A DNA stretch of 64,000 bases from assembly GCF_020745735.1 (NCBI RefSeq), contig NC_083407.1, forward strand, positions 34,711,857 to 34,775,856, read 5' to 3'. The position numbers and the translations under genes were made by a program. Origin of the DNA: Hemiscyllium ocellatum (lineage: Eukaryota). Under the pieces are notes generated by a model. That model saw nothing but the letters and a program-made list of their open reading frames with translations. It was not told where the DNA came from and ran no database searches. This document shows positions 12,070 to 23,720 of the stretch, piece after piece. The stretch's first letter is position 1; each line of letters starts with the position of its first letter.

Positions 12070-13085
12070 TGGAGTCAGGAGCTGTCCAGCATGAAAACAG
12101 GTCTAAATCATCTACGTTGACCAGATATCCTCAATAAAACTAGTCCCATTTGCCAGCATTTGGCCCATCCCCCTAAACCTTTACCATTCATATACTCATT
12201 CAGATGCCTTTTAAATGTTGTAATTGTACAGCCTCCACCACTTCCTCTGGCAGCTCATTCCATACACACACCACTGCGTGAAAAAGTTGCCCCTTTTCCA
12301 TCTTTCCCCTCTAGTTTTGGCCTCCCTTATCTTGGGGAAAATAATCTGTCTATTCACCTATCCATGCCCCTTATGATTTTATAAATCTCTCTAAGGTCAG
12401 CCCCCATCCTCCAATGCTCCAGGAAAAACAGCCCCAGCCTATTCAGCCTCTCTCCATAGCTCAAACAGACCAACTCTGTCAACATCCTTGTAAATCTTTT
12501 TGAACCGTTTCAAATTTCGCAACATCCTTCCTGTAGCAGAGGGACCATGTTGAATGTTGTATTCCAAAAGTAGGCCTAACCAATGTCTTGTACAGCCGCA
12601 ACGTGATCTCCCAACTCTTCTATTCAATGCACTGGACAATAAAGGTAAGCACACCAAACACCATCTTCACTATCCTGTCTATCTACAACTCCACTTGCAA
12701 GAAATTATGAACCTACATCCCAAGTTCTTTTTGATTGGAAACACTCCCCTGGACTTTACCATTAATTGTATAAGTCCTGCCCTGATCTGCCTTTCCAAAA
12801 TGCAGCACCTCACATTTATCTGAATTAAATTTCATCTGCCACACTTGTAAATAGTTCTGTGTCCGAATGGCTAGTTCTCCACGTGATCTAACCTTGTTAA
12901 CCAGTTTACTATGTGGAATCTTGTCGAACACCTTATTGAAGACCATATAGATCATGTCCACTGCTCTGCATTCATCAATCCTTTTTGTTACTTCTTCAAA
13001 AAACTTCTTCATATTTGTGAGACACAATTTCCCATGCACAAAGCCAAGTTGACTATCCAAAATCAGGCTTTGCCTTTCCAGGTAC
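12070..13085 (-). mobile_element. Decayed CR1 LINE with internal deletions
   Basis: ORF remnant SQLGFVHGKLCLTN..FFEEVTK..FDKIPH..WQMKFNSDKCEVLHFG; 3' UTR at the left end. Confidence 0.85.
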
Positions 13086-13914
13086 TAAATATTGATGTAA
13101 TGATCTTTGCAACCAGTTGGGAAAAAGCATGAGAATTAAGGGTAGATGACTCTGTCAAGAAACCTCCTGACTGAAGCAAAATACAGATACTAAACAGCCC
13201 ATTCCTCAACTCAGGCAATGATGGAGCAGATAATAGACCTCTTGGGAATAAGATTTGCCTCATTGAATGAGTCTGGGGTTTTCCCTGTCGTATACTCCCA
13301 ACAGAGTGTGCCCCATAACACGAGTGCATTCTTTACTGTATAATTGGAGCAGGCAACAAGGATCGATTATGGAGGTTGAGGAATTGGGACAATTGAAGCA
13401 GCATTCTGAAAAGGAGGATAAGGACTTTGAGCAGAAGGGACATCACCTTGTACATCTCAGAATGCTTCTGCATTGACACCTGTTTCCAGCAAATGTGAAC
13501 TGATTGTGGTGATTACTCATTGATTTAAATATGCTTGGAGCGTGTCGTATGCCAGGAGCAAAATGCAGCTTCTGCATGTTTGATTTCTGCATGCATTTCC
13601 TCTTTGTAAATAAACGTGAAAGTTTAGAACCTTTTGAAATCTTCCCTGTATGTGATGGGCCTGAATTTGATGATGATAAGCTTGGCTACAGTGGGCATTG
13701 GGAAATGATTTACATGGATTTGGAGGGGTTATGAGATTGGATGTGGCTAAAGACTAATGAGTTTTGTTACCTGATGCTTAAACAACAACTGCAGTGGCAA
13801 TGAACAGTTCAACGTTGAAGGAAGTGCTCATTCTGCTGCCTTTGTGTGTGAGAAGCACAAGTTTTTAGCTATTGTCCCACTATATTTATGGTGAAGGGTT
13901 ACTCCATAAGCATA

Positions 13915-14110
13915 GCTAGAGTTCTATCACGGTGCTAGAATCAGGGATGATGATCCATTTCAGGATTTGGATGGGTATATGAATAGGAAGGGTTTGGAGG
14001 GATATGTGCCAGGTCCTGGCAGGTGGGACTGGATTGGGTTGGGATATCTGGTTGGCATGGACGGGTTGGACCAAAGGGTCTGTTTCCATGCTGTACATCT
14101 CTATGACTGT
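13915..14110 (+). mobile_element. CR1/HER1-type 3' end fragment
   Basis: gatgggtatatgaataggaagggtttggagggatatg...ggttggcatggacgggttggacc...ctctatgact. Confidence 0.75.
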
Positions 14111-16114
14111 AGGGTGTTTGGGAGAATTGGAATAGCATTGGATTAGAAGGGTATTGTTGGGGTGGGGTAAATACTTCATGATGCGTATTTGGGATAATTA
14201 TGTACAAAACTCATGTAGAGTCAACCCCTGTGCCTCAAATATTAATGATGACTGCAATTGGTTCAGTGTTCTTCTGAAGCACGCAAAGGCAACAAATCTG
14301 TTGCCTGTTACTTGGTGCGTTTAAAGAGACATGGACACCCCAAAGTCTATTGATGCCATGCTCATCATACAAACTTAAATTGGGCACCTAGGTATCCTCT
14401 GTGATGGGCTGATGTGACTAAATGTTATGTACCAAACATGCAGATACAAGGGCTGCCCACCATAGAGTACATAAAGCCTAATGTCTGAGGCTTCTATGCT
14501 CCATACTTGAAACAGTTACTCACTCTTTGGAAATGTAAATCAAAAGTTTCATGCTTATTTGAAGACTCCTTCATTAAATTGGGTGTCTGACTGCAACCAA
14601 TGTGGAAACCCTACATTCAGGATACCCATCCGTACAATGTCTTTACCAGTGCGCACAGAATAACACATTTTGGAAAGATTTTCCTCCTGACTCCATAACA
14701 GTCCTGATCACCCTCTCACTTGATCACCCATTCTCTGCCTTCAATCCCTTGATGACATGACCTTTCCTCTGAGCATGTCCTCCCTTCTTTATGATTATTT
14801 CTTTCCCTTCCCTGGATCTATCGGAGAGTCTCTACTGGGAGGGAAGGGAAGCATCTAACCCCAATTTCATTCCCTTGGAATTGTTAAGCTGCCTCTTGAT
14901 GTGGTTTTCATATTAATTTACTGGATGCATGCTGGTCAGGACTAAGTCCCAGCCTCAGTTCGACTCAAGCCTCTGGTTTCTGCTGCATACTCACCATGAA
15001 ACACATACCTTGAGCTTGTCAAGATTCTGAAAGTAATTCCCACCTTGTTACGCCTAATCTTCAGTATTGTACTAAGATGGTCTACAACATCTTTGTGAGG
15101 TGATGTAAGATCACATGAGCACCTAGTATGTAGTTCACTCCATCAATATTGTGGTAAAAGCTGAGTCTCACTATTTACAATTATGGCACCTATCATTTTT
15201 GAATCAAAGTTTATATTTGCTAAGAACCAAGAATCCTGCAATTTTTATCAACCCCATTGCAAGATGCAACAGCAAATGTGTTTATGATTATGTAATGCAC
15301 CTTAAAACTATATATGCACTGTAAATTTAAACATGTTCCTCAAGATGGAATATTCTTGTGGTATTGATCATATTTTAAAGAATGCCATTGAAAAAATAAT
15401 GTGACAATACTGGTCAGATTGCTATCTGTTCATCAAGGCTACTTTAAGTCTCTTAGCCAGCTGCACTGAAAAGGATTACCTGATCATTTACCTCATTGTA
15501 ATTTAAATTTACTTTATGTAAAAATGACTGCTGTATTTTCCAATATTGTAAGAGTGACTATACTTCAAAAATACTTAGCTTGTCGAGCAATTTTGGCCAT
15601 GCTGAGGCTATAAAATGTGCAATATAAATTCAAGCTTGAACTTTATCTCACTCTTTGTAATTTGAAAACAACTGCAAAAAGAAGCATTAAAAATAAAAAT
15701 GAGGCATCACTAAATAAATAATAAGGAAATAGAATTCCATAATTCTACTCACCCCATTGTGTATACTCCCTTTATTAATTCCTTTTCCATTTCTCTTTCC
15801 ATCCTTTAGGAAATTTCTAATGATTCATTAACCCATGATATAATTTATTGTGCCTTATTTTGAGGAAACTTCGCTTTCGCTTCTTTATTTCCTATCTGCA
15901 ATTTTATTTATAAAGTAATAAAATTGTACTAAAAAAGAAATCCATTAGGACACTTTTAGCCATAAAGGATGATCCTAAAAGGATCAGAGACATGGCCAGT
16001 CTGTCCTGAGCATAATTTTGTATATTCTAACTGCAACAGAGTACCAACAGATTAATAAAAAAAGATCGAATTACACTTTGCCTGCACTTTAGTACAAGAA
16101 GTAAACAGACAAAA

Positions 16115-16412
16115 GGGGTCGCATAGTGGCTCAGTGGTTAGCACTGCTGCCTCACATCACCAGGGACCCAGGTTCAATTCCATTCTTGGGTGACTGTCTG
16201 TGTGGAGTTTGCACATTCTAACCGTATCTGTGTGGATTTGTTCCTGTTTCCTTTTACAGTCCAAAGATGTGCAGGTTTGGTGGATTGGCCATGGGAAATG
16301 CAAGCTTAAAGGGATAAAGTTCCATTGTGGGTCTGGGTGTGACACTCTTCAGAAAGTCAGTGTGGAATTGATGGGCCGAATGGATTGCTTCTGCACTGTA
16401 GGAATTATATGA
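16115..16412 (+). mobile_element. tRNA-derived SINE (HE1/V-SINE type)
   Basis: A box tggctcagtggtt, B box ggttcaattcc, V-domain-like tgtgtggagtttgcacattct...tccaaagatgtgcagg, LINE-like tail. Confidence 0.85.
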
Positions 16413-17574
16413 AAAGCAAGAAATAGTGAATGACTGAAGTGATTCATTGCAACCTTCGTTGATTTAATATAGAAAGGCCCTTTTAAGAACACTATCATCT
16501 GCAATTTGTTATAATTATTGTGCTAAATACCATCCAGATTGGTACTTAAATTGATTTAAATGTTTTTATTAAAACCCTTGAAAGGAACTGTCATGGAATA
16601 TTCTCAGAGTATTATTAATTGGTGGATGAACATCTGCCAGTTAGACTGGACCATTAACCTTTTTAATATTTATTCAATGCCTAGTTAGGAAGAGTTTGCC
16701 GACAGAATAGAGAATTATGATTTGCAAATAGAGACGTACACTAGACAGAGAAAAATGGCAAGAGTGGCACTTAGTGGAAATTGGGCAAAATGAGACGAAT
16801 AAATGTAATTTATTGATAAGTGAAAAAATTACACTGTACTTCTAAGCATGAAAGACTAGCCTGAGTGCTTCTACTCAAAGAGTTATAGAGTGCTGAATGC
16901 TTTGCTTTAGTGAATGGCTGAGGATGGGAGCGATAGGGAAGGATACAGGAAGTAATTCAGATGAGTGAAATTAGCTTTGACGTTCTTTAGCGAAGAGCTG
17001 GCATAAACTCAATGGGCTGAGCAATTTTCTATGCTGTAAACTTTAGTGGTTTAAATAATGCCTTACTTCACAAATATCAAAAATGTTTCACATTCATATG
17101 CAATTAATTACTTTCAAGTATAGTAATTTCCCCTACAATCAAATGTGGCTGCCATTTTATCAATAACACGATTGTAGAAATAGTCATCGACTGAATGATT
17201 AATCTATTCAGCTTTGTTCTAAATATTTTTAGAAATAGGAGAAGTGTTATTTTTGTTGAGTTTCATGGAGGATTTATCTCCACAAGGACTAGCAGGTTTT
17301 CTCGCTTGAATGTCACAAACATGGCCATGAATAATCTACTGTGCCCTGTGATAACCCTGTTGACTGATTGCCCCACCCACTGTATTAAGCATAGTCAGGA
17401 TGTCCAAGGATGTGTGGCACAAGTGCAATCTTTTAAAGACAAATGCAAACCCAGTCATGGGCTGGCAGTGCAAAGCTACCATGCGCACTTGGCAATATTC
17501 ACCTTGACGTTGGGATAATTAGTGCCTCACATTGAGGACAGAAATTTCTTGTGCTTGGGATGATGCAAAAGATT

Positions 17575-18780
17575 GATTAATTGATTTATTGTTGTCACAT
17601 GTACTGAGATATAGTGAAAATTGTTGTTTTGTGTGCTATTCAGGCTGATTGTACTATGCAAAGTGCATCTGAGTAGCAGAACAGAGTTCAGAATACAGCA
17701 TTTCAGAGATGGTGCCGAGAGAGAGATCAGAATTAACAATTGGGAGGTTGGTTCAAAAGTCTGATAGCAGTGGGGATGAAGCTGTTCTTGATTCAGTTCA
17801 TATGTGTATTACAACTTTTATATCTAATGCCTGACAGAAGAGGGGGGAAGGAGTACAACTGCAATAGGAAGGGTCTTTGATTATGTTGATTGCTTTCCCA
17901 AGGCAGCAGGAAATATAGAGTCACTGGATGGAAGACTGGTTTACAGGATTGACTGGACTATATTTACAATCCCTGTCGTTCCTTGTGGTCTTGGGAAGAG
18001 CCAAACCACACTGTGATGCATTGAAATAGGATGCTTTCTATGGTGTCTCTGTAAAAATTGGTAAGAGTCCTTGTGGACATACTGAATTTCCTTAGCCTCT
18101 TGAGAAAGTAGAGATGTTGTTGTGCTTTCTTGACCATCATGTTGATGTGGGTGGATTGTTGGCGATCACCACTCCCAAGAACTTGATGCTCACAATCATC
18201 AAGATGATCAGAGGATTAGATAGGGTACGCAGTGAAATTCTTTTTCCTAGGATGATGATGTCACCTTGTATGAGGCAGCATGACTACAAATTGAAGGGTG
18301 ATATGTTGTCAGAGGCAGATTCTTTACTCAGAGAGTCATAAGGGCATGGAATGCCCTACCTGCTAATGTAATTAACTCAACCACATTCTGGAGATTTAAA
18401 CAATACTTGGAAAAGCACATGGATGATAATGGGATCGTGTAGCTTAGATGAGTTCACAGGTCGGCGCAATATTGAGGGCTGAGTTCTGTATTACATTGTT
18501 CTATGTTCTATCTCCACTTCGGCGCAATATTGAGGGCTGAGTTCTGTATTACATTGTTCTATGTTCTATCTCCACCTCAACACCATTGATGGAGATGGGG
18601 CTAGTCATCCATTTTGCTTCCTGAAGTCAACAACCAGTTCTGTTGTTTTGGTGACGTTGATGGAGAGGTTGATGTCTTGACACCATATCGCTAAGCACTC
18701 AATCTCTTTCTGCATTCTGTCTCATTGTTGTTTGAGATCCAATCTACAGTGGTGGTGTCATCAGCAAACTTGTAGAAGGA
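17575..18780 (-). mobile_element. Rex1/Babar-like LINE 3' fragment
   Basis: Minus strand at about 18610-18778 reads FYKFADDTTTV..ISNNNET...WCQDINLSINVTKTTELVVDFRK; 3' end near aataaatcaa at about 17580. Confidence 0.7.
18197..18570 (+). mobile_element. CR1 3' fragment nested in the Rex1-like LINE, with a tandemly duplicated end
   Basis: KMIRGLDRV...LFPR remnant and ttctatgttcta tail; 57-nt unit repeated at 18461-18517 and 18519-18575. Confidence 0.8.
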
Positions 18781-18995
18781 CTAACAGTAATAGCCACCAG
18801 CCTGGTCTGATGTTGCCACCTGCATCAGTGTGGAGTCCACTATCTGGAGAAATGTCCAGAAGTTAAAGAAAATTAAAGGCACAAAGGGGCCACATGAGAC
18901 ACTTCAATGGAAATAAGTTCCCACGTTCATAATTATGATTTCACTATTTTTCATGAGCTGTCTGTCCAGCCACAACCATAGCATTGAAAGTACAG

Positions 18996-19078
18996 AGATG
19001 CTGCCTGGCCTGCTGTGCTTTGACCAGCAACACATTTGCAGCTGTGATCTCCAGCATCTGCAGACCTCATTTTTTACT
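18996..19078 (+). mobile_element. Very short PLE 3' end, same young subfamily as 10489-11203, without ribozyme
   Basis: Near-identical to about 11120-11202; flanked by GAAAGTACAG (18986-18995 / 19083-19092). Confidence 0.85.
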
Positions 19079-19222
19079 TACAGAAAGTACAGTAATCACC
19101 ATCATTAGTGCTGCACAAGTGCATTATTTGGAAGTTACCTGCAGTTGCTACCATTGAACTATGCTCTAAGTTGTCTGTGCTGGGCATCCAAGGTGGAAGG
19201 CTGAAAGGGCAAGTCATATAGC

Positions 19223-19308
19223 TACCTGATGAAGGAGCAGCGTTCCAAAAGCTAGTACTTCCAAATAAGTTTGTAGAACTATAATCTAATTTTGTGTGCT
19301 TTTTAACT
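19223..19308 (+). mobile_element. Terminal-repeat relic of a third hammerhead-bearing family
   Basis: TAC-CTGATGA-A-GGAGC-agc-GTTCC-AAAA-GCTA-GTA (19223-19257; GAAA mutated to AAAA); homologous to 23345-23720. Confidence 0.7.
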
Positions 19309-19309
19309 A

Positions 19310-19690
19310 CAATCATAGAGTCATAGCGATGTACAGTCCAGAAACAGACACTTCTGTCCAACTCCTCCATTTTGAACAAATATCCTAACCTAATCCAATC
19401 CCATTTTCCAGCACATTTATTCATATAGATGCCTTTTAAATGTTGGACCAGTCTCTATCACTTCCTCTGGCAGCTCATTCCTTACATGCACCACCCTCTG
19501 CATGCAAAAGCTGTCCCTTATTTCTCTTTTAAATCTTCCCCTCTCACCTTAAACCTATGACTTCTAGTTTTGGCCTCCCCCACCCAGGGGTAAAACCTTG
19601 TCTATTTCCCCCATCCACACCCCTCATCATTTTATAAACCTCTATGAGGTCATCTCTGAAACACCGATGCTTCTGGGAAAACAGCCTCTT
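19310..19690 (-). mobile_element. CR1 3' fragment
   Basis: atcatagagtcatag tail; ctctggcagctcattcc...accaccctctg...ctcaccttaaacctatg. Confidence 0.8.
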
Positions 19691-20357
19691 GAGTTGACAT
19701 GTGCCTGCTTCGATTCCCAGATTTGAAATGAGGTAAGATTAAATAATAATGAGGGTGATAATGAGCAATAATCCTGTTAATCGCCTCTAGTCACTCACAA
19801 ACAACAGTCACATCTTGAAATCTGGGAATTGATTGAAAAATGTGGCTTTAAGAACATATCATTTGATTTTCCCCAAGATTGAATCATACCTAGCATGAAA
19901 TTATCAATAACAGAGGCTTCAAGTGCTTCATAACTCTTAATGACTTCCAAATCAATATTGTAATATTGATAAAACACATAGATATCAACTTCAAGCAACT
20001 ACTTCAAAGCGTCAATCAAGCAAAGTCAACAATTTACTTCAATTGTCAAAACAGAGGACCTGCTAGGCAATGTTTTCTATTAGACAGTGATCTCAACCTA
20101 GCAAGGGGCAGGATTTTGGTACTGAGTTTACATGTGTGACATGAGGGGCCAGGGGAGTGGCTGGGGGTATGAGCTGGCATGAAATCCTGGCGTTTGGAAA
20201 GAGAGGAGGTAAGATCATTTGAAATTTCCTTTCTGAAGGATCCTGAATCTAGACTATGCCTCACAATTCTTCCGAGGAGCCATGAATCTTTTGTCAAGGA
20301 GAAGCAGGCTGAGACTACAAAACTGGGAAGGGTGAGGGTATTGTTCGTCGAATTGAT

Positions 20358-20449
20358 AGTGTAGTGCTGGAAAAGGGACAGGAGGTCAGCCATCATCTGA
20401 CGAGCAAGAGAGTCAACATTTTGGGCATGACCCTTCATCAGGACTGGGC
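20358..20449 (-). mobile_element. Old PLE terminal-repeat relic with decayed hammerhead
   Basis: Reverse complement: AGTC-CTGATGA-A-GGGT-cat-GCCC-AAAA-TGTT-GACT...ttttccagcactacac. Confidence 0.7.
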
Positions 20450-20757
20450 TAGTTAATGTCTTTTTCTTCAATGGAGGCAGAGTGGCAATATGTTGCAGGC
20501 TGGCCTTATGTCATCACCTATATTTTGTGCCAATAACAACTGCAGGTGTGGATAAGGAAAGAAATCCCCTGGAATATGTTCACATTCACCATATATAAAT
20601 AGTTCTGGAGTCACTAATTTAGAAAATCCAGGCCGAAGTTTTGAGTTCTGTTTTCCACATATGGTACAATACAGCTTAAAGGGTTTTTTTCATGCAGAAT
20701 GGAGTAAATACTTTCAGACTGGATGTAGGTTTGCTCACTGAGCTGCAAGGTTCATTT

Positions 20758-20797
20758 CCAGATATTTCATGACCTTACTTTGTATCATCTTCAGTGG
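20758..20797 (-). ncRNA. Decayed hammerhead motif (Poseidon-type, longer stem II)
   Basis: CCA-CTGAAGA-tgatacaaagtaaggtcat-GAAA-TATC-TGG. Confidence 0.55.
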
Positions 20798-21742
20798 ACC
20801 TCATACAAAGCAAAGCTGAAAATTCCTGCTTTCTATTTGTATGTTTGGGTTTCTTTGGGTTGATGATGTCATTTCCTACAGTGAAGTCACTTCCTGTTCG
20901 TTTTCTCAGGGTTGGTAGATGGGGTCTAACTCGATGTGTTTGTTGATAGAGTTCCGGTTGGAATGCCATGCTTCTAGAAATTCTCGTGCATGTCTAAGTT
21001 TGGCTTGTCCTAGGGTGGATGTATTGTCCCAGTCGAAGTGGTGTTCTTCCTCATTCATATGTGAAGATACTAGTGAGAAAGGGTCATGTCTTTTTGTGGC
21101 TAGTTGGTGTTCATGTATCCTGGTGCCTATTTTTCTGCCTGTTTGTCCGATGTAGTGTTTGGTACAGACCTTGTATGGTATTTTGTAAATGACGTTAGTT
21201 TTGCTCATTGTCTGTATACGGTCTTTCAAGTTCATTAGCTGCTGTTTTAGTGTGTTGGTGGGTTTGTGGGCTACCATGATGCCACAAACCCACCAACACA
21301 CTAAAACAGCAGCAAATGAACTTGAAAAACCCTATACAAACAACAAGCAAAACTAATGTCATTTACAAAATACCGTGCAAGCACTATACCAAACACGACA
21401 TCGGACAAACAGGCAGAAAAATAGTCACGAGGATACATGAACACCAACTAGTCACAAAAAGACATGACCCTCTCTCACTAGTATCCTCACTTATGGATGA
21501 GAAAGAATACCATTTCGACTGGGACAATACATCCATCCTAGGACAAGCCAAACAAAGACATGCACGAGAATTCCAAGAAGCATGGTTTTCCAACCAGAAT
21601 GCTATCAACAAACACATCGAGTTAGACCCCATCTACCACCCCCTGAGAAAAGGAACAGGAAGTGACTTCACCACAGGAAATCCAAAGAAATCCAAACATA
21701 CAAATAGAAAGCAGGAATTTCCTGCATTGTTTTGCATGAGGT

Positions 21743-21782
21743 CCACTGCAGATGTTACCTAGTAAGGTTATGAAACATCTGG
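21743..21782 (+). ncRNA. Decayed hammerhead motif (Poseidon-type)
   Basis: CCA-CTGCAGA-tgttacctagtaaggttat-GAAA-CATC-TGG; the core A is mutated to C. Confidence 0.5.
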
Positions 21783-22494
21783 AAATGAACCTTTCAGCTC
21801 AGCAAGCAAACATACATCTAAAACCTCAACCTGAGCTACAAATCTTCTCAAAACTTGCTACTTTCAGATTGCTGTGATGACTTTATGCTTTACTTGGTGC
21901 TTTTATGTAGAACAGGACTGAAATTACTTAAACAGAAGACAGAAGTATTAACCCAGCGTGAGGTGTTATTTAAGCCAGCCCAATTTCACTAAACCTTTGT
22001 TCATATTGGACCTGACAGGGGGAGCTTGCCAGGGGGCCAGCAGTAGTCCTTAAAGATGCTGTCAAATGGTGATGAGAACACTTAGTAAAACGTAGCCACT
22101 TTAGTAAAGTGGCAATAATAGGTACAAAAATTGTGTTGGCATTCAAGAAGCTTCCAAGTATTTTAAAAACATATATGAACATTTTCACAGAAAACAGACA
22201 TTTGACACATCTTGCTAAAATGAGGCAAAACAAATTCTACTCTTCTACTTTAGATAATAAGCTTGTATTTTCTTCCTACTCAAATGTTTTCCATTTTTAC
22301 CATAGACAATGCAATAACCTCTGCTTCAACTATTCCCCCTAACAAGCATTTCATGCTGTAATAGCTTAATATAAAGACATTTGTCTTCACCTCTCCATTT
22401 TCTCTTTTAGCGACAAGTGACGGACCACTGCGCTTGCCTCCCACACCAATATAACTAATCTTTTTCTATTCATTATACTAAGACCATTCATAAT

Positions 22495-22772
22495 TTAGAA
22501 TCCCTACGTTGTGGAAATAGACCATTTGGCCCATCAAGTCTGCACTGACCCTCCAAACAGTATCCCACCTGGACCCATCACATCCCTGTAACCCTGCGTT
22601 ACCCATGGCTAATCCACTCAACCTGTACATCCCTGGACACAATGGGCAATTTAACATGGCTAGTACATTTTTGGTCTGTCAGAGGATACACAGTCACCTG
22701 AGGCTGGAATCAAATCCGAACCCCTTGCGCTAAGAGGTAGCAGTGCTAACCAGTGAGCTACTGTGCCACCAG
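22495..22772 (-). mobile_element. HE1/V-SINE-type SINE, internally deleted
   Basis: cagtgctaaccagtgagctactgtgccacc head (reverse of the A box) and tagaatccctac..tgtggaaa tail. Confidence 0.8.
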
Positions 22773-23344
22773 CTTAAAAAGTACCCTAAGTTCTCCTTTT
22801 CTCTGTACTGTGCATGACCAGTTCCATCTCTCTTTATATGAACTTCATCTCCATTTAAGTTCTGTATAACAGAGGAAAATGACAAAAATATTCAGCTTGG
22901 AAAAATAAATATCTAACTTTGGCAACGAGCTGTTGACCAGGTCATCTGTCTGAACATGAGGAAGAGGAAAATTGGCTTGGTAATGACCTTCATATATACC
23001 TTGAATGAAATTCCAACATAAAAGTGATATGATATGCATGAACGTGCAATTTCAATATAAATATCTGCAAAATAATTTTTCAGTAGGAGCCACTGACCAC
23101 ACTGATCTTAATAGTAGCTGTGATGCAACCTGGCTGAAAAGTCACCCTAGAGGGATACTGTAGTGAAATTGTAATTTACATAGTCTGTTGAGAAACTGGG
23201 TGGGAATGAAGGAAAACAACAAGAGAACATGGTGTCAATCTGATAACATGCAAGGATCTGCATGTATTGTTCTGAATCCATACAGTTAACACACAGTATT
23301 TGAAGATTTATCACACAAAAGGGGTATGCACTTAAAAGATTAAG

Positions 23345-23720
23345 ATGATTTGGAGATGCCGGTGTTGGACTGGGGTGTACAAAGTTTAAAATCATACAAC
23401 ACAAGGTTATAGTTCAACATGCTTAATTGGAAGTACACTAGCTTTTGGAGCGACGCTCCTTCATCAGGTGATTGTGGAGGGCTCGATCGTAACACAGAAT
23501 TTATAGCAAAAATTTGCAGTGTGATGTAACTGAAATTACACATTGAAAAATTGATTGTTAAGTCTTTTATCTGTTAGAATACAGTGATAGTTTCACTTCT
23601 TTCATGTGTAAGTCACAAAATCCTTCTTTTTAAAGTTGCATTCTCGGGTTAACTGCTAACAATGGTGATACTAGACAATATGTTGAAGGTGTTAGCCCTC
23701 TGTGTTCTCTGTCTATGGCT
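23345..23720 (-). mobile_element. 3' end of the third hammerhead-bearing (probably PLE) family
   Basis: Minus-strand CAC-CTGATGA-A-GGAGCG-t-CGCTCC-AAAA-GCTA-GTG at 23436-23470, followed by ...caccggcatctccaaatca. No coding remnant is visible, so the family identity is inferred. Confidence 0.7.

Larger units (their letters stand above)
20720..21858 (+). mobile_element. Poseidon-type PLE as a ~1.1-kb palindrome: two divergent GIY-YIG fragments plus a 38-nt tail
   Basis: ORFs 21316-21762(+) and 20906-21301(-) both read NVIYKIPC..YIGQTGRK..RIHEH..H.FDWDN..RE..EAW.S..INKHIELDPIY. 12-nt loop at 21270-21281. TSD TACTTTCAGA (20709-20718 / 21859-21868). Confidence 0.9.
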
